Source of the DNA: Vicugna vicugna
Lineage: Eukaryota
NCBI GenBank assembly: GCA_013265495.1
Contig: MU058423.1
Span: forward strand, 9,161,627 to 9,225,626
Length of the DNA: 64,000 nucleotides
Direction: 5' to 3'
This document shows, in pieces, positions 43,990 to 56,497 of the stretch (position 1 is its first letter; every line of letters begins with the position of its first letter). Under the pieces are notes generated by a model that saw only the letters and a program-made list of their open reading frames with translations, did no database searches and was not told the origin of the DNA. Position numbers and translations under genes: made by a program.

Positions 43990-44480
43990 ATAACATTTAC
44001 TGAGCATCTACAACACGTCAGATATTGTCGCTAGGTACTTTATGGCATCATCTCATTTAAATCTCATTTAATCTGTAAAAGGAGGTATCACTCATTTACA
44101 GATTTAAAAACTGAGGTTCAGAGATATTAAGTCTAAACTTGCTTTGCATAACACGCCACAGCTCAGATATGAAGCAAGATTTCTCTCGGTTAAGCTACCA
44201 ATTCATGACCCGTGAATATCTGCAGTAAGTCCTTTGTGTGGCCTTTGCAGTAACGTGTTAAATCCTGTCTAAGTGTTAGAGGGTCAGTCAGCGTAGCATA
44301 CTAGAGTATGCCTCTGGACCAGACCGCCTAACTGCACATTCTGTCTCCACCACTTGATAACCAGGGCAACCTACCTCTCTGTCTCTCTCTTATCTATAAA
44401 ATGTGGATAAACAATAGTATGTGCCTCACAGGATGGTTATGAGGATTAAAGGATATAAATCATACAAAGTGGTTATAATA
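43990..44480. mobile_element. Two MIR fragments in opposite orientations
   Basis: aaactgaggttcagaga core near 44110; tatctataaaatgtggataa...gttatgaggattaaa near 44400-44450. Confidence 0.6.
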
Positions 44481-45567
44481 CCACAATGCCTCATTTGAGT
44501 ATTCATTCACTGAATAACCTTATGAGACCTACTCATGTTACAAAATGCTACTAGAAGTATTGTTTAAAATTGGCCTTTTATAGCACACACGGATTTAGAA
44601 AAAACTCCTTACCTACCTTTTACAGAAAAACTAGGCAGAGTGGCTGTAAAGTAGTATGTGAACACTTTCTAATTGGAATGATCTTCTTTCATAGCATTTA
44701 TCTGATGTTACCTAAAAGTTTCCACTTCATCTGAACTCTAATTTCTACTACATTACCTGGCTTAGCATACCTTTTCAATCAAAATGCTTCTCTCCAGACA
44801 GCAACTGGTTCTTTGGTTTTATTTGAGATGGTATCTCCAGTATGGATGATAAACTAGTAAGAGTTCTGGGCAGGCAATCTGGATAGAGAAGCTGAGTAGT
44901 ATTACAGACTATAAAATAAACACTCTCATATTTATATACCAAACGCCCTCAAATTTACATAGCAAAACATATCCAAAAAACAATCATTAAAATATTTATC
45001 ACTACAGCACTACATTCCTTCATTAAAGGAGACAATTCAGTTGAATATACTTAGAATACCCAGCTATTATTTTTTTTAGAGGGCTGAAACAGAATGTTAA
45101 ACTACTAATTCATATTGATCTGAACTTTAATAATAAATTCATACACACATTATTAACTGCCCATATGATGATATTCAAACTGTTTCAGTTACCCAGACAG
45201 GTCTACAATTTACTCTTAAATTTTCTGCAACTGCACATACACCCACACACAAATCCATAGCAGAACAATATCAAATAGAAACTTTCCTCTCTAAAACTTA
45301 TAGAAAAGGGAAAGCTCAAAAGTTATAATCTATAGCTACTGAAGGATAAGATTAGGCTTTAACTGAGAGACTATTTCAGTTCATTCTAATATTTATCCAG
45401 TCATTTATTCAATATATTGAGTTCCTACTGAGTGAAACACACATTTGAGAATACAAATTATATCCACTTTAAATACAACTGAGGCAGCCTAAAAAGTGTA
45501 TGTAGGACCAAGGCCCAATTATTTGACCTGACTGACCTTCAATATTCTCATCTATAAAATGGGAGGG

Positions 45568-48020
45568 ATGAAAAGCACAGTATGCCATCCTCAAAGTATG
45601 CCACTTAGGCATATTAAATATTTTGAGCTGTAGGTATTCAAGTGCAGGAAGGCATTATCTGAACTTCCTTTATTTGCTTAAAGATAAATCCTCTAGAAGG
45701 AACTCACTTGTCATAAATCCCCTCCCTGGCAGAGCTTCATCAACCAAGGAGAACTGACTATTAATCACAGGAGAGGAGACCGGATGTCAACACCACACTT
45801 AGATAAACTTTGGTCACAAAGTATCATATCTTCTATTTCTCTAAGGGCACATTCAGCTTTCCTAAAAATCATTTAAGAGGCCTACGTACTGCCTCTCCAC
45901 TTTTCCTATTAAGATGGTCTTTAATCCTGACTTCTGAAAGCCACCTCTTTAAGTTACTCATTTTCCTTCAGTGTGTCCCATGGATACCTGAAGTATACAA
46001 GTTAATAAACTTGTTTGTTTTTTTCTTGATAATTGGCCTTTAGTATAAGATTTTAGCTAAGAAGTCAGAAAGATGGAGGGAAAATTATTTTCCTCCCATA
46101 CAGTTTATGGTGACAAAGGATGGGATTACTGAGATAGGCTTGTTCCAGAGCCTGCTGATGGGATCCTGGGAGAACTGGCAGAAACCAGCAATGGGTAAGA
46201 ATTCTTACCAATTTGAGCTTTCCCTGATTTCTGTCTATGATGCCCAGTAGAAAGAGAAAGGTGAAATTTCACAATGTCCCTTCCTTTTCAAATTCAGATT
46301 AATGGAAGAAAAACATTAGTAAAAATCAGTTCTCTGAACTGTGACTCTTGTGAATTTGGTTTTGATGTACCCATTGGTTATTGATCCTTGCCTTCCCAAG
46401 GACAGCTATAACTTTTTTGTTCATCTTGTGTCCTGAGAACCTGGCTTGGATTTCTGCCTGCCTGAGGCATGCACGTTATGGGTTCTTGTGTGTGTAAGCA
46501 GCTCAACTGTCAGGTTGGGGGCCAAAATAATACGGTCAGACAGAAATGTGGGTTGCACATTTGCAGCCAGTATCCTACTGGCTGTTGCTAGCTTGGAGAG
46601 TGGAATGTTACCTTAAAATTTTGTGTATCACAGAAATAACCAAATTTCCCTGTCAACTGCATTAGAATGAACTCTCATTAGACCTTTAACCACGGCCACT
46701 TTTAAGTCTTTTGTCATTTATAGTTAATATTTACGCTCATGCTTTCCTGAAAGCTTTTACAAGCAGCTGTGATCCAAAAATGCCTGTCTTCAAAAAGATT
46801 CGTGGAAATCACTCTGACAAGTACTCTAGAATACAGATTTCTAATAACTTTAAGATCAGACCATTGAACTGGGTAATAATTTCCAGAATGCTAATGGAAA
46901 AAAAACTAATGGATTCATGAAACTAACAACTCTAGATCAGGCAAAACAAGAATAATTGCATGAGCCTGAATAAAATGATGAGAATGATTTTAATTTTTTG
47001 AGTTTGTGTTAAAAATATTGCTAGTTCTTTAACATTTTAACAGATTTAAGGAAACCTTTTCTCTTAAGCTTTCTATAACTTACAGCAATTTAGTAAAGTA
47101 TACCTTTGTAAACAGAAAGGTTTTCTCCCTTCCTGATCCCTCCAGAATTCAGAAACTCTTAACGAGTATTTTTAGTTTCACGGCAATATAGTTATTTGCA
47201 TAGGTTCAATAAAAATCTGTTCTCTTTCTAATAGGACACAATTGGAAACATTGGCTATATTGCCAAAGTTTTGACTGGAATGTGTTATTGAGAAGGATGT
47301 GCATATCAGCTTTAAGGAACTAAGGCTGACTTTATAGAGCCAATGAAGTCCCATCAGAAGCAAAAACACCTGGTATCTTGCTTTCAGAGTTCTCAGCCTT
47401 ACCAGGTGAGTAAGGAAGGTCATTTCCTGGCCGGCCAAAGAAACTCAGGATTTCTTGGGGACCTCAGTAAAAGAGAAGAGTTCACTCAAATCTCTAAATA
47501 TTGCAGGAGAAATCGGACAGTGAGCCCTTGACTTGGCTTCCTAGGCTTGAGACACTTTTAAAAGTCTAATCTCAGATTCCTTCTGAAAAGTTTCAGCAAA
47601 GCAGACTTAAAAAGAGCCTATATGGTCAAATACTATCCTTGCTGCACTTACGTAAATAATCAGGCCAAGTTTCATGAGACTAGACTTACTTTGCAAACAG
47701 ATTAGTCTTACCGTGATTACCACTGGGAGAAATGGAGATGACTATAGAGAGGAAAATTACGTTTCAGAAGCACACTTTTGTGGATTATCAGATTCTAGTG
47801 CCGTTCATTTCCTTTGAGGTTTTGTTAATTACTTGTAAAGGACTGGTTACTAAATTATTCTAGTTTCCACCAATAGCTGGCTAGGACTCTCCAAACCAAC
47901 ATTTCCAATTTTCTTTCACCCTTTTAACCTGGAATCATAAAAAATAAAAACTGTCCTTTTCCCAAAACCCTGCAAGCTGAAGCTAAACAACTCGATATGA
48001 ACTTTAAAGAAGTCTCCAGT
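45568..48020 (+). mobile_element. ERV1 MER4-group element: LTR (about 45568-46102) plus decayed internal sequence, antisense within SLC35A3 intron 1
   Basis: The LTR ends ttttcctcccataca and is followed by PBS-like tggtgacaaaggatgggat. The internal part at 47045-47295 is homologous to 63710-63995. Confidence 0.7.
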
Positions 48021-48039
48021 GCTCCTGGAGACAAGGATA

Positions 48040-48720
48040 ACTCTATTTTCCTTCCAGTTTTATTAAGGTATAATTGACATACAGTACTGTGTAAGTTGTA
48101 TAGCATAATGATTTGACTTACATACATCATGAAATGATTACCACAGTCAGTTTAGTGAAGTCCATCAACTCATATAATACAAAATTAAAGGAACAGAAAA
48201 AAAAATTTTTCTTTGTGATGAGAACTCTCAGGATTTACTCTCTTAACAACTCTGATACATAATGTATAGCAGTGTAATTATATTTATCATGTTGTACATT
48301 ACATCCCTAGTATTCATTTATCTTATGACTAGAAGTTTGTTCCTTTTGAGTACCTTCATCCAACTCCACACTACCCTCTGTGCTGCGGTCTTCTGGTAAC
48401 CACAAATCTGATCTCTTTTTCTGAATTTGTTTGTTTCTGAAGTACAAACGATTTACAACATGAAGTTCCTGGTATACAACATAGTGATTTGATATTTCTA
48501 TACATTTCAAAGTGATCACCATGGTAAGTCTAGTTACCAGCTGTCACCATACAAAGATATTACAGTACTCATTATATTCCTCATATAGTACACTTCATAC
48601 TCATGACTCAAAGTTTGTACTTTTTAATCTCCTTCACCTATTTCTCTCCTTCCTCCAACCCCACCCCTCTGGCAACCACCTGTTTGTTCTTTGAAACTAT
48701 GACTCTATTTCTGTTTTGAA
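48040..48720 (-). mobile_element. L1 3' end (L1MA-like)
   Basis: Motifs ggtataattgacata, tttgtgatgagaactctcaggatttactctcttaacaact, ctctggcaaccac. Confidence 0.8.
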
Positions 48721-48919
48721 ATCTCATATTTGAAAGTTCTTTTCTGTTCTGTTTTAGTACTTTATTTGATCCTAGTAATAAATCTTTGAGGTAGTATAGA
48801 TACATTTCTCAAAAATGAAAATTTAACAAGTATTATAAAATTTATAAAAGCCCAACAAACAAGAGAAAAAGAATGTTTTGGACTAATGGTAGACTTCAGA
48901 AAAGTTTCATTAAGAAAGA

Positions 48920-49195
48920 AGTACAAACTTTTAGTTAGAAAAGAAATAAGTCCTGGGAGATATTGTACAGCATGGTAACTACACTTAATAATACTGTATT
49001 GTATATTTGAAAGTTGCTAAGAGAGTAAATCTTAAAAAGTTGTTATCACAAGAAAAAAAACTTTGTATCTATGTGTGGTGATGGATGTTAACTAGACTTG
49101 TGGTGATAATTTTGCAATACATACAGATATCAAATCATTATGTTGTATACTGGAAACTAATATAAAGTTATATGTCAATTATATCTCAACAAAAA
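48920..49195 (+). mobile_element. L1 3' end (L1MA-like)
   Basis: Sequence gtacagcatggtaact...tgtatatttgaaagttgctaagagagtaaatctt...tatgtcaattatatctcaa. Confidence 0.85.
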
Positions 49196-50637
49196 AATTT
49201 TCAAGGAGGTGGTATTAAAGAATAAATAGAACTTCTACAAAGATGGTAGGAAGGCCTTCCTTGTAGGAAGAAAGGATGTAAGCAAAGATAGAACATGTTC
49301 AGAAATTTCATTTCAAAGTAACTACTATGGTTTAGCTAAAAAATAGAATATGTGGGACAAAGTAAGTTTTTTAAAAAAGAGTGAAAGGGCATATTGATTT
49401 GATTGGAGCCATGGAGCTACAAATTTTGAAGAGCTTTGAATGCCACCCTAAATAATTTAAAATATATTCTGGAGCCAATGGAGAGTCATTGAGTATTTCT
49501 GAGGGAAGGGTCACCAAAGAACGAAAAGACCTCTCTGGCTTTAAAAAGCAGTATGGGGGGAGTTACTGTAAGGGAGACAGGCTGAGGGCAGCAAGTCCAG
49601 CCACTGCTATAGTGCAAATAAGAAGAGGAAAGAGGAGCCACATTTAGCACAGAGGCAGTGGGAATGAAAAAAAGCAGCAAACTGAGATGCTGACGAAGTA
49701 GAATCAATACTTGGGAGGAAAGCCAGGAGCAGAAATGTAAATTTATAAGTCACGCCCTTCCTTATAGGAAACAACTTGAGTTTACCAGTGAAAATGGAGG
49801 AAGAGCACCACGTGAGAAACGGCACCAAATTTCATCTTTTAACTACCAAAGTTGTATGCTGATTGAAAACAAAAAACTTAACTCTGGTTCCATTTTCAAA
49901 CACTGCAAGTAACAGAACACAAGAAAAGATTCAGTCTTTTACCACAAAGTAATGAAACGTTAAGTGGTTTACTAAGCAAGGCCCAGTACTACATTTAATA
50001 TTATTCTTTAATTCACGTGAATCCGCTTTCCTGGGAGTTTATCTGATCTAAGTAAGTTCGTTAATTAAAATTCTCCCTTCCTAAACATTCAGAACCCTCC
50101 CCCAACACACACACCTGTTCCGGTAGGAATCCACCTGGCCTCGGATGGCCCTTGCCTACGTGCTAGCCTTACCAAGGACAGCCTTTCCATTCCTTGAAGT
50201 CCCTGCGGCTTCTTCGGCGCAGGGTCCGGATCTGGTGGGCCTGCCACCGGGCTACACCCGGAGCGGGAGCTCCAGGGCCCTTCGCTGAAGGAATGAGCGC
50301 CAACCTGGCCGTCTGGCCACTGGTCCCCACGCCGCAGGCTCTGAAGCACACACTGCCGTTTTCATTCGCTTGACACACCCCTTTCCTCGGGCCATTTACC
50401 TCCTCCTCCACCACCCAGCACATTCCTCACGTCGTCCCTCGGAGTTACAACGTGTCATTTCATCCACTCCCACACCGACTTCGCTAGTACTTAAGGTCTT
50501 CGACACCGTCCCCTTCACTCAGACGGACTTCACATCAACCCGCGCGCGCCGCCGCCGCCGCCGGAGCTGTCCCCGGCCGGAGCCGCAGCCTCCGGCCTCC
50601 CTGTGCCCGCCAGCGCCTCGGAGCGCACCGTGCTCAC

Positions 50638-50850
50638 CTCCCGCGCGCCTCGGCCGGCTGCGCGCACTGCGGGCGGCGGCTCCGCTCGGCCCTCGGCCAA
50701 GGCTGCCGCGCCCGCCGGGTCCCCCGCGACCCCCGATGCGCAGCGCCGTCCGCTCCCGCCGCCGCCGCCGCCGCCGCCGCCGCTGGCCCGGTGCGGCCCA
50801 GGCGTTTCCGGGTTCCCGCGGTCCCGTCTCCCAAATGCTCCGGCTTCCTC
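50638..50850 (-). other. SLC35A3: SLC35A3 non-coding first exon (5' boundary / TSS uncertain)
   Basis: Consensus donor GAG|GTGAGC at 50638/50637 inside the CpG island upstream of exon 2. The TSS cannot be fixed from sequence. Confidence 0.75.
50756..50782 (-). repeat. (CGG)9 trinucleotide tract in the SLC35A3 5' leader
   Basis: Nine uninterrupted CCG units on the plus strand. Confidence 0.95.
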
Positions 50851-53250
50851 CTCGGCCCGGGCAAACGCCGTTCCCTGCTCGGCTCTGACGGCCCCAGCTC
50901 GGCTCTCGCCAGCTCCATCCTGAAGGCGAGGCACCGGGACGGCTCCGCTGGCGACCCCCGCTGCCGGCTTCACTGTCGCGTCACCCCCCAGGGGCACTGC
51001 CTCCTGCTAGATGTGTCCTGCGGGGACGAGGCGGACGGAGTGACTCGCGCAGCGGACCCTGCCGGGCTGCCGACTGGCGAAGGGTGCCACGGCGTCCGGC
51101 CGCGGGAGTCAAGTCAAAGTCCTCTGGGGCAAAGGACCAAGGCTGGGGGAGTGGGCAGGCAGCTCCGGGAAACAAACAGACCTGCTTCTAGAAGTAACTG
51201 TTACTGACTGTGAAAACAAGCGAGATCCACTCCGGCCCAGGCTGCCACCCAGTCGTGGAAGAAGCGTGGTTCAGTTGGAAATGACCACTTCTCCCTCCCT
51301 AGCTGAGACCTGGAGGCTGAGCGGAGCCCAGCGCGCTGCCACCAAATAGCAGAGCAGGGTTACCCCTTTCCTCTTAACACAGTGCCGCTATGAATTAAGC
51401 CTGTGTCTCTTTATATTGCAGATGATTAACACTCCGTCCAAGAAAGACAAACGGAGAAAGAGAGCAGAAAAATAAAATTAAGTAACTGTGTTCGAGTAGA
51501 GTAACTGGCTTTCAAATATTTCGTAATATGAAGTTGATAAAATCCCTGATTGGTGGAATATATATTACATCTTAATGTTTGTCCAAATATTTTGGAACTA
51601 AAATGTCCCTGGTAATAATAACAGCTAGGCACTATTCTAAGACTGAGTTAGCTATATATATACATAGATATAATATGTAATGAATATATATATATATATT
51701 CATTTTAAAATACTAGTTAGTAATTATGTGTAGTTTTAAGGGGAAAAAGATTTAAAATATTTTTAAAATACACCAGCAGGAAAAATATACCTTATGACAT
51801 AAACACATTTTGTTTTAGAAGAAAAGAGCTTTTAGTGTGTTCAGAAATATTTAAAACAAGAAAAAAGAAAAGTGGAAGCACTTAGAGTTATGAAACAGTA
51901 ACGTGTACTTTGGCATTTTGGAAAATGGCCAAAACTTTAGGCAAATAAACACAACAATGAAAATAGAGGCCCAGAAATATGAGACCCACAACTAATGGAA
52001 AGATGTGAGTCCCAAAGCTGATGACCGAAAGCAAGTAACACTTTCATAGCCTCTCCTAGCTTTACAATTTATACTCTGATAACACTAGACTGCTCTGAGT
52101 TTCCCTGTATATATCATTCACAGTACCTGTTCCTATTCCTGATGAAAAGACAACAAATAAGAAAGAAAGAGAGCAGGGGCGATGGTGATATATGTATTTT
52201 AAAGAATTTCTTTCCAAAACAGTTAAAATACAAAAATTTTCAGTGCTTAGGAAATTAAACCTTGTGTTTCTGGGTGTCAGTTATACTATGCTCCTATGCT
52301 ATTATAATTCTTAAAACTGTAGAATTGAAATTAAAGCTCACGAACAGGAAAAACCAGTTTTTCTCTCAAGCTATCAAATTAGCTGGATCTGGCATGTTCT
52401 TGTTAGTTCTTCAGGGCAAAGAACCTGTATGTCAAAAAAGCTGTAAAGCATAGCCAAAGATTATCTGCTTATCCATCATTTACCTCTGAAAGTTGAATGA
52501 AGTCACTTTCACATCATCAACAGCTCAATAGTCATGCGATTCTTTTGCTTGGAGATAGATCTGTAATGTTGATTACTCCATAGGACAGCTAGCTGAAAGG
52601 TTTGAAAGGAACTTATGTTTTATTTCCTTCTTTACACAGGAGGGACTTCTGATTGGCTCTTCTTACTATAGCAGACTTACTTTTTTCTGGGGAGGAGATG
52701 GGGGCGTGGTTTAATGGAAGTGGTGCCATTTGCTCTATCTATACATTTAGAAACTAGGGAAATTACCCTGGATGATTGCTGTCCCGTGGAGCTTGTGGAT
52801 TCTGGTCAAAGCTTCAGTTATCACCTGATGTCCTTTTAAGACTCTGACTGGTAGATGAACTTGGTGGTTTGGGCATCAAGATTTGGCTTTATATCAGTCA
52901 GGGTCAATTGTAAATGGAAGTTTGAGGAATTCTCCTTTACCTGGTATAGTTACCTGACAAAATAACCACAGACTCCTTTTGTGGAAGTCTGGGAGAAAGG
53001 TGCCTGGTATGTACTTGTGCTGTTAAAGCTGGTCAGGGGCCTCTTAAGTCTAAGAATGGATGAGGGGTTGCAATCTATTGAAGCTGGGCCTCTGTTCACC
53101 AGTCCTCGAGTACAGTTGATTATACAGTTCATATGCAGTTGGATTATGTGGTTCACCAAGTACTTCCTGCTCTCCACCTTCAGGTCACATGGTAGACTGT
53201 ATTTCCTGGCTCTCTTGTGCTTGAATGGGGACCACATGACTAGTTCTGGC

Positions 53251-53812
53251 TGTAGAAGAACAAAATTTACCATCAAAAATTTCTCTTTGGCATGTGGATT
53301 ATTTCAAGCTAAAAACAATCAAGGCCCAAGAGACTCAGGAAGAAACTTTGACCTTCCCCCTTGCTGCCTAAAGAATGTAGACAGAGGACCAGTTCCAGGA
53401 AGGCAGCCATCACCACAGATAACTGTAGTATGAACCAGGTATGTAGAAGGGAGGAACCTAGCAAAATCTGTTTGTGAAAATTCCTCTCGGCGCCCCATTG
53501 GTCTGCATGGTCCAGCAACATTTGTTTACCAAACAGCTGCTTCTCCATCTCCAGATCAATTACTTTTCTCCTCTTTGAAATTTCAAACCACTATTCCCAA
53601 CATCTTCTTTAGTTTTTAGCTGAAGATGATATTTCAGGTGAGGATTTCAGCCATTTTAATGAGTTACTCAGTTTTCCTGGGGCTCTCCCCACACATACAT
53701 GTTATTAAACTTTTGTTTGATTTTCTTCTTTTAATCTGTCTCATGTCAATTTTAATTCTTGGACCAGCCAGAAGAACCTAGAAGCGTGGAGGAAAATTTC
53801 TTCCTCCAGACA
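53251..53812 (+). mobile_element. ERV1 (MER34/MER39-like) solo LTR
   Basis: TGTAG...AGACA termini, internal ATTAAA, flanks tggc/tggt (TSD-like); homologous to 41911-42362. Confidence 0.75.
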
Positions 53813-53910
53813 TGGTCAATCAATTGTAAGCAGATTATGTGTGTCATCAAGAGCCATAGTAGTGAATTGCTATTCTGTGATCCTTTGGAACTCTCTTTCT
53901 CTTGTGATCA

Positions 53911-54500
53911 TGTTGCATGAAGATCGGCCCTGTCCCTGACGAGCCAAATAACTCAGAGACCAGGTCTTGGAGCTTAGAAGAAAAGAGGCAGCTTTATTAC
54001 TTTGCTGGGCAAAGGGGACTCACAGCAGGCTAGTGCCTTCAAAACTGTGAGCCCACCTTGGGGATGGGGTGGGGTGGTTATACAGCTAGGGCTCAAACAA
54101 TAAAGCATCAATAACAATCAACAGAATCATATTCTCTTCAGAAGACTTAGATGGCGTCATAATGCCTCCAGGCAACCAATTCTATTGAGGCCAGCAGTTG
54201 TCACTTCTTTGATCTCTTAATCTCATAAGACACTCAAGGTGTGGTCTTTTCAGTATTTAGCTTACTTTTTAAGGTTACAGTTCTGTGACCTTCTCCCTGG
54301 TGATCGACTCAGAGACTAAGCATGATTATAGCTTTTGATTACTGGAAACTGTAAGATCAATAGCTTTATTTTAACAATGGACCTGGAACTGTGAGTAGCA
54401 ACCGGTCAGGGTCAGTCAGGTCAGCTGACTGTTTTAAGGGCAACCACAAGAACAAGCAATCTGTTAGCCTACATATGGCCATTTTATTAATCCTTCTTCA
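53911..54500 (-). mobile_element. ERV solo LTR (artiodactyl-type)
   Basis: TG...CA termini; ctttattac gives a minus-strand AATAAA; recalled LTR motif gaaaagaggcagctttattactttgctgggcaaagggg. Confidence 0.6.
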
Positions 54501-55769
54501 ACCATGACTCCATAGGCCTGTATCCAACCAAGAGGGCAGAGGTGTATAGGGAAGACCCTAGCAATAGTCATTCAGCATAAACAACAAATAAATCTTTGTT
54601 ACTTTATGTCATTAAGATTTTGACAAAACCTAGCATATATTAATTGATACGGAAATTGATGGCCAGAGCTATTTTAACAAAACCTTAGTTTTGTAGAATT
54701 GGCTTTGGGGTTAAGCTGGAAGAATGACTATGTTATGCATTGGAATATTTGATTACACTGCCACCCACATAACTTGGAAGGTATATAATGGAACTAGTAA
54801 GCTTGTAGCTCTGGGAGAAGAAACTAGAAACTAGAAAACAAATGTTAATAGTATATGTTGGTTAGTGTTTGCTGCATATAACAAAATACTTCATGAAAGA
54901 GAGGTACTCAAAAAATAATTGACTAATTTATAAGCAGAAATGGAAAGAAAGAAAGAAGACAGGGAAATTCAGTAACTTTCAGGGTTGGGAGTGGCAAATG
55001 CTTTTTATCTCAGTTGGTAAGTTATAAAAGTGAATAGGCTTTTCATTCCCAGTTGGTAAACTATACAATTGAGTAGGCTTTTAAAATTAAATAAGGCTAT
55101 TAGAACTAGACCTTTAGGCAAGAATAAAGTCAAGCATATTTCTGTCATACCCATCTTTAAAATTTCCAAATGGTTTGAAATGTCACCCAGTGAATCCTTT
55201 CAACTGGATGAAATGGCTCAGGAAGAAGGGAACAGAGGTGTTGCTCTCCCAAAAAGCTTGATGGGTACAAGGTGCCTGGAATCAAGTAAACAGAGAAACT
55301 GGAGATGTAGCAAGAAAAGGACTGTGGGTATGGCTACTGGCAATTGAAGCTCACTGGAATCAAATAGACAGAAGCCAGTTATATTTATGAGATAATTATG
55401 CTGCCAAGGAAACCAAGAGCCCCAACAGGACTTAAAGTGCCTCTTTGGCCCCCAGTCTTCTATAGATAGGAAATGAGTTGAGAACACTGCTTAGCTTCCA
55501 AAGAGTGCATACTCTCCAATGCCCGCTTCAGATACGGCTAAGGAAGATAATCGAAAAGGAGGAAACCTGGAGTGGGCAGGCCCACTTAGAGAGCAGAATG
55601 GGCCTCTAATTCAATAACTATTTCCTGTATCCAGGGTGGGGGTAGGACCTGACAACACCTTGCCCTGGACCAGTATCAGGTGTACATTTCTGTTGGTCTT
55701 CCTCTTCTTATTTTTGTTTTTGTTCTTCAATAACTCCCTATAATCTGCCTGTTCAAAGACTTCATAATG

Positions 55770-56497
55770 TTATCATATAATATTTGTTCATTTTTATTTG
55801 GCTGATTTCATTTAACATAACGTTTTTAAGATTCATCCATGTTGTAGCATGTGTCAGAACTTAGTCCTTTTTATTTTATTTATCCATTCATCCAATAACC
55901 ATTGGGTTATTTCTACCTTTTAGCTATTGTGAGTAAGGTACTGTGAACATTCAGGTACAAGTATCTGAGTTGCTGTTTTCAATTTTTTTGGATATATACC
56001 CAGTGGAATTGCTGGGTTATATGGTAATGCTCTGCTTTCTGAGGGACTGCCAAACTGTTTACCAAAATGTCTGTGCCATTTTACAGTCTACCAACAGTGT
56101 ACAAGGATTCCAGTTTCTCCACATCCTCATCAACACACATTATTTTCCATTATTTGTTATAGCCATCCTGCTAGGTATCAAGGGGTACCTCAGCTTTGAT
56201 TTGGATTTCCCTAGTGACTGATGATTTTGAGCATCTTTTTGTGTACTTAATCACCATTTGTATATACTCTTTAGAGAAATGTCTATTGAAGTGCTTTGCT
56301 CATTCTTGAATTGGCTTGTTTGGGTTTTTGTTGTTGAATTGTAGGGTTTTATATATATATATATATATATAAATACATACACACATGTACATAATATATA
56401 TTATATATTATGTATGTATAAATATATTATATATATATATATATTCTGGATATTAAACACTTATTGCACAATCCAAGGTCATGAAGATTACCCTTGC
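55770..56497 (-). mobile_element. L1 3' fragment containing a (TA)n microsatellite (about 56349-56445)
   Basis: Sequence gattcatccatgttgtagcatgtgtcag...gagggactgccaaactgtt...gagaaatgtctatt. Confidence 0.85.

Larger units (their letters stand above)
50200..51350. promoter_or_regulatory. CpG island / promoter of SLC35A3
   Basis: High GC and CpG content, CCG repeats, and an ETS-like CCGGAA on the minus strand near 50806-50810. Confidence 0.9.
53120..55700 (+). mobile_element. MLT1-type MaLR LTR plus internal fragment, interrupted by two other LTRs
   Basis: ggggaccacatgactagttctggc resumes as tggtcaat...tgtaagcaga after the first insert. The LTR end (aaataaatctttgttac...taattgatac) is followed by MaLR-internal-like sequence. 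Confidence 0.6.

Noticed and set aside
50370..51207. Plus-strand ORFs of 106-172 aa
   Set aside because: CpG-island composition, non-ATG starts and no recognisable domain.
52950..53548. ORFs of 108-150 aa upstream of SLC35A3
   Set aside because: They run across MaLR/ERV LTR junctions and show no protein-family signature.
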